Source: Thermoplasmata archaeon | Lineage (GTDB): Archaea; Thermoplasmatota; Thermoplasmata; Lutacidiplasmatales; UBA184 | Reading direction: 5' to 3' | DNA: 64,000 nucleotides | Assembly (NCBI GenBank): GCA_028864975.1 | Contig: JAGWLG010000016.1 | Location: forward strand, 1-64,000 | Shown here: positions 56,729 to 64,000 of the stretch, one piece after another | How the letters are laid out: each line of letters begins with the position of its first letter | How positions within the stretch are numbered: the stretch's first letter is position 1 | Made by a program: the position numbers and the translations under genes | The notes under the pieces: generated by a model | Seen by the model: the letters and a program-made list of their open reading frames with translations, nothing else | Told to the model about the DNA's origin: nothing | Database searches by the model: none

Positions 56729-57020
56729 GGGCTAACGGAGGACCGCGAGAATCTTGCCATCGCGACCGAACCGGTGAGGTGCCATTGAAGGGAAGGCCAA
56801 CCGCCAGGACACCAGAGAGCGAGCGAGACACCATCAGCGTCGGTCGGGGGCTCCTTTCCCCGACCCGAAGGAGCCCCCCCACCGCCACCTGGTTCCCGTA
56901 CAGGGCCTAGGGTAGACCGAGATGTGGGAGAAGCTCTGTCCCGCACGCGCTCCCCAGGAGCACGGACGGACGACGGCGCCAAGTACTCGTCCCGGCGAGC
57001 GCTGCCTCGCATCCATCCCC

Positions 57021-57025
57021 TTAAG
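57021..57025 (+). promoter_or_regulatory. Putative TATA box of the SDR gene
   Basis: TTAAG inside palindrome CCCCTTAAGGGG, ~25 nt before ATG 57050. Confidence 0.45.
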
Positions 57026-57049
57026 GGGTAGATGGGACCCAAGGCGAAC

Positions 57050-57916
57050 ATGCCCTCCAAGGTGATCCTGTTGACCGGGGGGAACTCCGGCATCGGGAAG
57101 GCGGCCGCGATCGAGCTTGCTCGGTCCGGCGCCGAACTGACGCTCGTCTGCCGAGACCGAGAACGTGCAGAGAAGGCCCGTGGGGACATCCTGCGCTCGA
57201 GCGGAGCGAGGTCGCTCGACCTGATCCTCGCGGACCTGACCCTGCTGTCGGAGGCCCAACGTGTGGCCAAGGAGTTCACCTCCACGCACGCGCGCTTGGA
57301 CGTCCTGGTCAACAACGCGGGGAGCAACTTCCCGGAGTATGCGGAGACCTCCGAGGGCCTCGAGAGGACGATGGCGCTGAACTATTACGCGCCCTGGGCG
57401 TTGACGCAGGGCCTCCTACCGCTCCTCCGGAGCTCAGCGCCCTCCCGCGTGGTGAACGTCGCCTCGGTGGCGCACTTCAGCGGACGGCTCGACCTCAACA
57501 ATCCGAACGGCAAGGGGGACATGGGAGTCGGAGGGCTCGGCGCCTACTCCCGCTCCAAGCTCGCCCTGGTCCTCTACACCTACGAGCTCGCTCGGCGCCT
57601 GAAGGGCAGCGGGGTCACGGTGAACTGTCTGCACCCTGGGGCGGTACGGACCCACATCTGGGCCCACGCGGGGAGGTACCGGATCCTCGTCCAGTTCGCT
57701 TCCCTCTTCATGCTGAGCCCGAAAGCGGGCGCTCGCACGCTGGTCTTCCTCGCCACCTCTCCCGAGGTCGAGGGGGTATCGGGCACGTACTTCGAGAAGT
57801 GCCGGGAGAAGACGTCCTCCGCCCGGTCCCGCGACCCCAAGCTCGCCGTCGACCTGTGGGAACTGACCGAGCGCGTTGTTAAAGCAGGCCGCTTCCCGCC
57901 CCCCGCCGCCCCCTAG
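57050..57916 (+). CDS. SDR oxidoreductase (retinol dehydrogenase/WWOX-like)
   Basis: TGGNSGIG, LVNNAG, NVAS, YSRSK, LHPGAVRT; ATG 57050 preferred from TATA spacing (ORF starts 57032). Confidence 0.93.
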   Translation: MPSKVILLTGGNSGIGKAAAIELARSGAELTLVCRDRERAEKARGDILRSSGARSLDLILADLTLLSEAQRVAKEFTSTHARLDVLVNNAGSNFPEYAETSEGLERTMALNYYAPWALTQGLLPLLRSSAPSRVVNVASVAHFSGRLDLNNPNGKGDMGVGGLGAYSRSKLALVLYTYELARRLKGSGVTVNCLHPGAVRTHIWAHAGRYRILVQFASLFMLSPKAGARTLVFLATSPEVEGVSGTYFEKCREKTSSARSRDPKLAVDLWELTERVVKAGRFPPPAAP

Positions 57917-58185
57917 GGTGCGGATGTTCGTGCAGGGTGAGCGACGAGCTCGTCGATCTGCCCGTAGAGGAAGGGGAGTTCGGGAGCATCCCCTCCCGAA
58001 CAATAGAGCGTCCCCGAGGCATACGCCGTGAAGGTCGCCCCCGCGTAGCGCACACGCCAGATCTCGGACTGGCCTCGAACATCGTGGTCGCGGAGCCCTC
58101 CGCACCGCAAGAGGAGGTGGAGGATCTCCTCCGACCTCGCCCTCGGGACCTCGCGCCACGTGCGGTGGGGCAGGGTGGAGCCCAT
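57913..58185 (-). CDS. Small protein resembling the TBP-like N-terminal domain of RNase HIII (DUF3378-like)
   Basis: WRVRYAGATFTAYASGTLYCSG resembles RNase HIII N-domain 'FAVK...VITAY.SGKVLFQG'; stop overlaps the SDR stop at CTAG. Confidence 0.6.
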   Translation of the reverse strand: MGSTLPHRTWREVPRARSEEILHLLLRCGGLRDHDVRGQSEIWRVRYAGATFTAYASGTLYCSGGDAPELPFLYGQIDELVAHPARTSAP

Positions 58186-58207
58186 GGGGTCGATGCTGAG
58201 GCCTTCG

Positions 58208-58804
58208 CTACGGGCCAAGCGTCGGCGCGAAGTAGGTCTCCGTCCCCTGGATGTTCGCGGTCTCGCCGGCCCACGTACTGATTCCGAAAGTGAACGTCTC
58301 CCCGGGGGTCGTCGGGAAGGTGAAGCCCCCCGTGGAGGTCGCCGTTTGGTAGATGGTGACCCGGGTCCCGTTCAGGAGGAAGAGGTTCACGGCACTTCCC
58401 CCGAGGGTCGCGTAGCTGAAGGTCACGCTGCCCGCGTGGGTGAACGTCATCGTTCGATTGTAGGCCGAGTACCCGCCGGGGTCGACGATCGAGAAGGAGA
58501 AGTTGAGCTGGTGCGAGACCGGGACCGCGGCCTCGACCGCGAAGAGCGTGGAAGAGAGAACCACTGCGACGACGAACCCTATCGTGAGCCAGGTCATGGC
58601 GCTGAGCCTTGCGAGCCCGCGAGCAGGAGGCTTCGCCGCGGGGGGCGCTCCCCCTGGGGGGCCGCCCGCCGGCGGGGCGAGTCCCCTAGGTCCCGGGACG
58701 GCCAGTGCTTGGGTATGCGGTAAGGGGCGGCGACAGCTCGGGCAGAAGTTGAACCCCGGGCCTAGCGGGGCCCGACAGTAAGGGCAGTGGCCGCCAGCCG
58801 CCAT
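58208..58804 (-). CDS. Zinc-ribbon domain bitopic membrane protein
   Basis: CPYC.......FCPSC, Pro/Gly linker, one TM, beta-rich C-terminal domain. Confidence 0.8.
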   Translation of the reverse strand: MAAGGHCPYCRAPLGPGFNFCPSCRRPLPHTQALAVPGPRGLAPPAGGPPGGAPPAAKPPARGLARLSAMTWLTIGFVVAVVLSSTLFAVEAAVPVSHQLNFSFSIVDPGGYSAYNRTMTFTHAGSVTFSYATLGGSAVNLFLLNGTRVTIYQTATSTGGFTFPTTPGETFTFGISTWAGETANIQGTETYFAPTLGP

Positions 58805-58920
58805 GGGCTCTCCGAATCAGAACGCGAGGGTACTTCCCTGTTTCGATGGCGCGGACGCCGAGCGAGAGGCTCTTGCGGGCCCACCTTTGAGGGGGGGCCC
58901 TCCGCCACCGGAGCGAGAGC

Positions 58921-59760
58921 TTAGCTCGTCGAGCTCGGGGCAACGGTGGGTTCCGGCTTGGAGACCACGGCCGCTCGGCCGCGGTAGAGCGCCAGGAGCC
59001 CGACGGCGATGGCCCAGAGAAGGACAGGGAAGGCGACTACCCGTTCGAGCCCGCCCTCACCGAGCCCGAAGAAGGCCCCGTGGGTCAGGATGTTCTGGAT
59101 GTAGAAGGCGAGGGCGACCACCGAGAGCACTCCAAGGCCGAGCGTCACCAACGCGTAGCGGCCCCACGACCGGTCCCCCCACATCGCGATCCCCATCGCG
59201 GTCAGTCCTAGGTTCGCCCACCCGAACGTCCAGACCGAGAAGAAGTCGTGTGCCTGTCCGCCCATGGCCGTGCTCGACTCCGTGAAGATGCCGATGCAGA
59301 CCGCGCCTAACGACCCCAGGGTCAGGAGCCAGGCAGCAGGGTAGGTGCGTCCGTTCCGAGGGAAGACCTGGTAGAGGGCCACGATCCCGAAGACCGCGAG
59401 GATCCCCAGGACCATGACCGAGCCGTTGAAGATCCAGTCGTACCCCCAGTAATAGGAGGTCCCGTTGAACACGTGGTTGCCGTTGACCCCCAGATCGCTG
59501 ATCGTGTTGGAGCCGGGTCCGACGGCAAGGTACCCCGGCCTCAGCGCCTGTTCCACCGCCATCGCGATGAAGAACTGCACGCCCCCGACGACCAGGGCGA
59601 GGGCGCCCAGGCGGATGCGGAGGCTCTTCCAGGAAGGCTCTGCGGGTCGCTCGTCAGCTACCGCCTCCGCGTTAGGAGTTCCGAAAGGCCCCAAGGTCCG
59701 ATCGCCCACCCCATCGGGGGGTCTCCTACTTAGGGATGGAGGTCCACGCACCGAGGGCAC
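58921..59760 (-). CDS. DUF998-like multi-TM membrane protein
   Basis: PGY....NTISDLG, FNGS, G.CIGIF.E, HDFFS; ~5 TM. True start probably downstream of 59760. Confidence 0.78.
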   Translation of the reverse strand: MPSVRGPPSLSRRPPDGVGDRTLGPFGTPNAEAVADERPAEPSWKSLRIRLGALALVVGGVQFFIAMAVEQALRPGYLAVGPGSNTISDLGVNGNHVFNGTSYYWGYDWIFNGSVMVLGILAVFGIVALYQVFPRNGRTYPAAWLLTLGSLGAVCIGIFTESSTAMGGQAHDFFSVWTFGWANLGLTAMGIAMWGDRSWGRYALVTLGLGVLSVVALAFYIQNILTHGAFFGLGEGGLERVVAFPVLLWAIAVGLLALYRGRAAVVSKPEPTVAPSSTS

Positions 59761-59792
59761 GGAGCTCGTGAGGAGTCCCTACCCGTGCGAGC

Positions 59793-60194
59793 TCAGGTCC
59801 AGCGCACTCCGCGCCGGAAGAACGCATGGCGGGAGGAGGAGAGGGCCTGGAGAGCGAACATCAGACCGCCCACAAGGACCAGGAGCGCGCCCACGATGGC
59901 CAGGATCGCTCCCGATAGGACGAGGAGGCCCACCAGCCCGATGACCAGGAGGGCGATGGCCCCCGCCATGGGGATGCGGCCCAGGAAATGCCCGCGCGTG
60001 TAACGCGTCAGGACGAGCGCAAGGACCCCGAGAACGAGCGCTGCGATCCCCGTCGCGGTACCTCCGACCAGCCCCACGCTCGAGGAGGCGGCCGGGGGGC
60101 TGGCGACCCCTGCGATGAGGGCGATCGCGCCCCCGATGATGAGGAAGAACGCGCCCAAACGACAGAGGAGGGACACGAGGAATCGAGCGACCAT
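59793..60194 (-). CDS. Small 4-TM membrane protein, paralog of 4568..4957
   Basis: SLL..G..LI.GG, L.L..T.Y.RG, L.G..IA.VGA.L shared with 4568..4957. Confidence 0.75.
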   Translation of the reverse strand: MVARFLVSLLCRLGAFFLIIGGAIALIAGVASPPAASSSVGLVGGTATGIAALVLGVLALVLTRYTRGHFLGRIPMAGAIALLVIGLVGLLVLSGAILAIVGALLVLVGGLMFALQALSSSRHAFFRRGVRWT

Positions 60195-60306
60195 GGCACG
60201 GATGGTCTTTCATCGACCGGGAGGGTTTTCTTTCCTCCCTAACTCGAGGGAAACGGGTTCCCACCTCCGGCGCCCCGGCGAAGCCGCCCCATCCGCGAAA
60301 GGGCCC

Positions 60307-61020
60307 TCAGAGGGCGACCTCTCCCACCACCGAAGCCCCCCCGGTCCCGTAGGCAGAGAGCAAGGCGCCGCTGAGAGGGGAAGCAGACCATATGCTGATC
60401 GTGTCCTGAGCGCCCACGGCCACGCTCGAGCCCCCGGTGTTCCAAGTGCTCCCGCCGGCGCCGGAGGGGAAGGTCGCGATAGGTAACCCCGCGGCGTTCT
60501 CCAAGACCAGGAACCAGCCGCTCGTGGGGGAAGGACAGGCGATCGCGCTCCCCGAACGGCACTGCGCGACCGAGGGAGCCGCCTGAGAAGCGAGGAGTAA
60601 CGTCCCGTTCTTCAGGGAGAATCCGACCTGGGAGGTGGACAGGGTCGCGGTGACCGCCTCGATCGTGACGTTCGCAAAGTGGACCGCGCCGTTCGACGAG
60701 GTCGCGAGCGTCGGGGGGCCGAAGGCCAGGCTCGAGGTGAGGCCGACGGGAGGGACAAGGGGCGAGATCAACGAGAATAGCACGACCAACAGGACGATCG
60801 GTACGACCACGAAGAGCACGACGAGGAGGGCAACGATCGCCACGACCGTGCTGTCGTGATGTGAGGGCGGGGCGGGGGGCGGTCCCACCGGGACGAGGAG
60901 GTAGGCCACGGTCGGGGGAGGTGGAGGCGGGGGGAGAGGAGGAGGAGGCGGCGGAGCCTGCGAGCCCGCCGGCGAAGAGGTCGGCGCAGCAGAGGAGGAA
61001 GGAAGGGGGGCGTCGGTCAC
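60307..61020 (-). CDS. Bitopic membrane protein with poly-Pro N-terminus and pilin-like extracellular domain
   Basis: PPPPPPLPPPPPPP, long TM, beta-rich domain with 2 Cys; pilin likeness is inference. Confidence 0.7.
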   Translation of the reverse strand: MTDAPLPSSSAAPTSSPAGSQAPPPPPPLPPPPPPPTVAYLLVPVGPPPAPPSHHDSTVVAIVALLVVLFVVVPIVLLVVLFSLISPLVPPVGLTSSLAFGPPTLATSSNGAVHFANVTIEAVTATLSTSQVGFSLKNGTLLLASQAAPSVAQCRSGSAIACPSPTSGWFLVLENAAGLPIATFPSGAGGSTWNTGGSSVAVGAQDTISIWSASPLSGALLSAYGTGGASVVGEVAL

Positions 61021-61078
61021 CAGCCACCCTACGCCTTCGCGAGAACTTCTTTCCTCCGTTCCGCGGAAAGCCCCCCGC

Positions 61079-61801
61079 TCATGCGGGGGCCTCGAGCAAG
61101 GAGAGCCAACCTTCCAGGCTCATCGGTCTCCTCGGCTGGAGCATCAGGACCGCATGAGGGATCTCTCGCTCGTCGGCGAACTCCAGCCACTGGGCCTGCC
61201 CGTGGCCAAAGGGAAGAGGATGGAGGTCGGTCTTCAAGGCCGCCTCGAGGACCTCGCGGGGGTCGAAGAGCTGGAAGGTCCGCTCCAGCCCCAGCTTGCG
61301 GTCCTCGACCTTCTGGACCCCGTTGCCCCGCTTGAAAGCGAGGAGCAGGACCCCGTCGTCCCCCAGGACCCGTTCGAACTCGGGTAGGACCACCGTCAGG
61401 AAGGTCCGTCGGGCGATGTGCTGGATCACGGCGACGCAGAGCACGGCATCGAAGGACCCGTCCTTGAACGGCAGCGAGGACTCGAGATCAACGGCCGCGA
61501 AGTCGGAGCTCGAGGCCGACCGCGCGTGGGCCTTGTGGACGCTCTCCGGGACGAGGTCGATCCCAACGACCCGGCATCCCTTTCGTACCAGGTAGTCCAC
61601 GTCCCGGGGCATCGGGCCGCAACCGGCCGCCAGCACCCGCGGGCCGGCGAGCCGCGAGGCGAAGAAATCCAGGAGATCGCTCGGGGAAGGAACCTCCGGA
61701 ACGTTCGTCAGGACCCATCGGGGAAAGTCCTCTCCGATGCGGTCCCAGGCATCTCCCTGGAGCCGGTAGAACTGTCGAGCCTCCGTCTTGAGTTCGCTCA
61801 T
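61079..61801 (-). CDS. Class I SAM-dependent methyltransferase
   Basis: VLAAGCGP, VVGIDL, AVDL, LPFKDGSFDAVLC.AVIQH, VLGDDGVL. Confidence 0.85.
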   Translation of the reverse strand: MSELKTEARQFYRLQGDAWDRIGEDFPRWVLTNVPEVPSPSDLLDFFASRLAGPRVLAAGCGPMPRDVDYLVRKGCRVVGIDLVPESVHKAHARSASSSDFAAVDLESSLPFKDGSFDAVLCVAVIQHIARRTFLTVVLPEFERVLGDDGVLLLAFKRGNGVQKVEDRKLGLERTFQLFDPREVLEAALKTDLHPLPFGHGQAQWLEFADEREIPHAVLMLQPRRPMSLEGWLSLLEAPA

Positions 61802-62241
61802 GTTCGCCGTCCCTCCTCGTTCTGTTCACCTTCGAACCGCCCCCCGCACGCCTCAACCAAGGTCCCTCACGAACGGATGCCTCACGAGTTGGAGGGACAC
61901 TTCTCCCCCTCGGGGGGCCCGTCCCTCCCTTCCGTGAAGGGCGGGAAGAGCTCCGATGACCGATGCTGCTACATCCTCGGGTTCGGCCTTGAAGGGGCCC
62001 TTCCCGGGGGGTCAGGAGGTGACCGGGACGGTGACGAGGGCTCTCGGAGCTCGCGCACGGTCAAGAGGGGGGTCGAAGGGGGCGACGCGGAATCCAAATA
62101 GGGGGACACCCCATACGTATCGGTACGTAGGTCAGGCCCCGGGACCCCTTGTTCTCCCTGGCGGCAACGACCTCTCCTTTTGAAGGCCGTCCGGCCCTCG
62201 ACCGGGGCCGACGGGAGGGGGGTCTGGCCTCGGGTCAGGCC

Positions 62242-64000
62242 ATGCTTCCTAGAAGAGCGAGCTCGCACGCGAGCGCCCGGAACCGCCGAGACCGACCGCG
62301 AACGCACGCTCGATCCGCTGCGACCCGAGCCCCTCGCCGGTGGGGTCGAGCCACGATGGCGCTCGCCTTCCTGGTCCTCGCCTCGCTCGGCGCCACGATC
62401 TTCCTAGCAGCGGGGAGCTCGCACCTCCCCTGGTCTCCGCGTGGCAGCGATTCCCCTGCCGTCCACGTTTCGCCCGAGCTCGTCGAGGGTTCGGGGAACT
62501 TGTCCGTCGTTCTGGACACGACCACCCCGTCCGTCGATCTGGGCGAGACGATCACCCTCTCGGCCCAGGTTTCGGGGGGGACGCTCCCGTACACCTGCAA
62601 ATGGAGCTCGAGCGACGAGCTGACGAAGGTCGGTTCCTGCACCGGTTGGTCGTTCGTCTCCAACGCGACCGGCACCGTGGCCATCGGTCTCAGCGCGACG
62701 GACGCCTTGGGCAAGCGAGGGCAGGCGACGCCGCTCTCTATCACCGTGGCCAGTCCGCTATCCCTTGACCTCGGCCCCGGGCCCTTGCAGGGTGACGCTG
62801 GGATAAGGCTCCGGATCCCTTCGACGGTCGCCAACGGCACGGGGACGGCGACCTGTTCGTGGTGGTTGGACCAGCAGCTCGTGGCGAGCGCCACCAGCTG
62901 CATCGCGTTCGAGCTCACCGTGAACTCCGGGGGGCAGCACACGCTCCAGGGGACCGCGACGGACTCCGCCACCCCGCCCGCGAGCGCCCGGGCGACCCTC
63001 CTGCTCGACATCCGCCCGGCCTTGACGGTCGTGCTCGCGCCCTCGGACCCGCACCCCACGCTCCGGGAGCTCATTACCATCTCCGCGACCGTTAGCGGTG
63101 GATCGCCCCCGACCGATGTGGAGTGGTCGATCAACGGGACTCCCGAGGTGGGGACCGCGCTGACGTTCCAGTTCGAGACCGATCATGCCGGGACCTACGC
63201 GTTCACCGCGAGCATCACCGATGCAGTGGGGGGCTCCGTGTCGAGCCCACCGCTCGCGATCCAGGTCGGAGGGACCCCCTCGGCCACCACTTCTCCACCT
63301 CCTTCGAATTCATTGCCTCCCGCTCCCGGCCTCCTACTCGGGCCTCTTGCGATCGTGGCGCTCGCAGGAGTGGCCGTCGCGCTCTTCCTCGGCGCACGAC
63401 GATTGCGGGGGGAGCGGCTCTCAACTTCGCAGGGGAGGGCGGGCGCCCCGCCTCCTCCTTCGGGTGTCTCGCCCGGTCCTCGCTCCCTCCTAGGTCCGAC
63501 CGTCCCGCCTGCAGCCCTGGCCTCTCCGCCTCCTCCCCCTCCTCCCGCGGTTCCGCCTCCCCCACCACCGTCCACCTCCGCCCCTGTAGCCCCGAGAACG
63601 GTCGCGGTCCACCCGACGCGTGCCCCCACGTCGAAGGTCTCCCGGCCGATCCCCCCTGCTTCCAAGGATCGGCCCCCAAAGGTCGAACCGACGATCGCGT
63701 CGCGGGCACCCACCCCGCAGAGTTTCCCCCGGGTCGAAGCGGATTCGCTCGCGCCCAAGACGGCGTCCGGCAGCCTCGCTGGGACACCTCCATCGCCCGC
63801 AACGACCTCTACTTCTGCGGGAGCTCCGAGAAGGCCGGGGCTCCTGTCGCAGGGGAAGGTCGGTCCAGTTCCCTCCGCCGAGCCTTCGAAGGTCGGGCCA
63901 AGGAGCCCCTCCCTCGAGGTCCCCCCTAAGCCCCGACCCGAGCCAGGTCGACCCGGGTCAGGCCGACCGTCCCGCGCGCGCACGTCGACCGAGGTCAAGG
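62242..64000 (+). CDS. Surface protein with ~3 PKD-like domains, TM and >190-aa Pro-rich tail (3' truncated by window end)
   Basis: Hand-translated from ATG 62242 (alt ATG 62356): MALAFLVLASLG signal, SGG..PY.CKW, G.Y.FT.S.TD..G, TM LLLGPLAIVALAGVAVALFLG + RRLR, no stop before 64000. Missing from ORF track. Confidence 0.8.
   Translation, partial: MLPRRASSHASARNRRDRPRTHARSAATRAPRRWGRATMALAFLVLASLGATIFLAAGSSHLPWSPRGSDSPAVHVSPELVEGSGNLSVVLDTTTPSVDLGETITLSAQVSGGTLPYTCKWSSSDELTKVGSCTGWSFVSNATGTVAIGLSATDALGKRGQATPLSITVASPLSLDLGPGPLQGDAGIRLRIPSTVANGTGTATCSWWLDQQLVASATSCIAFELTVNSGGQHTLQGTATDSATPPASARATLLLDIRPALTVVLAPSDPHPTLRELITISATVSGGSPPTDVEWSINGTPEVGTALTFQFETDHAGTYAFTASITDAVGGSVSSPPLAIQVGGTPSATTSPPPSNSLPPAPGLLLGPLAIVALAGVAVALFLGARRLRGERLSTSQGRAGAPPPPSGVSPGPRSLLGPTVPPAALASPPPPPPPAVPPPPPPSTSAPVAPRTVAVHPTRAPTSKVSRPIPPASKDRPPKVEPTIASRAPTPQSFPRVEADSLAPKTASGSLAGTPPSPATTSTSAGAPRRPGLLSQGKVGPVPSAEPSKVGPRSPSLEVPPKPRPEPGRPGSGRPSRARTSTEVK

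Noticed and set aside
57913-57916. Convergent genes sharing stop codons at CTAG
   Set aside because: Real but common in compact genomes; no functional implication.
61956-62183. 75-aa + strand ORF
   Set aside because: Low-complexity, no motif, no upstream promoter or SD signal recognised.
1-64000. tRNA, rRNA, SRP or RNase P genes
   Set aside because: No T-loop/cloverleaf, SRP helix-8 or RNase P GAGGAAAGUCC signatures found by eye; tRNAscan-SE and Infernal would be decisive.

Overview
High-GC archaeal chromosomal segment (roughly 65-70% GC by eye, not computed). An archaeal class III pilin signal, a DUF835 protein and TATA boxes ~25 nt before start codons point to an archaeon; high-GC Thermoplasmata is my best guess (inference). 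About 39.6 kb of the 64 kb (~62%) encodes ten large surface proteins on one plan: N-terminal signal, a head domain, a stalk of PKD/FN3/disulfide-bonded 'GLPxGC' Ig-like domains, one C-terminal TM helix and a basic, usually Pro-rich, cytoplasmic tail. Heads include a GH25 muramidase (lysozyme), a clan GH-A glycoside hydrolase, Kelch, YVTN and Asp-box propellers, and an unusual amphipathic beta-rich region. Between them lie metabolic/stress genes: RibD-like reductase, YjeH-like permease, two VOC proteins, ATP-grasp ligase, FadI-type thiolase, SDR, two methyltransferases, hemerythrin, alkyltransferase-like protein and tandem Lrp regulator. There is also an RHH-antitoxin/RelE locus followed by an RHH-P-loop kinase fusion. 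No tRNA, rRNA, CRISPR array, transposase or integrase was recognised. The best candidate for an undescribed system is this modular surface array, especially the cell-tethered peptidoglycan hydrolase in an organism expected to lack peptidoglycan. All domain calls are from motif reading only; no database search was run.
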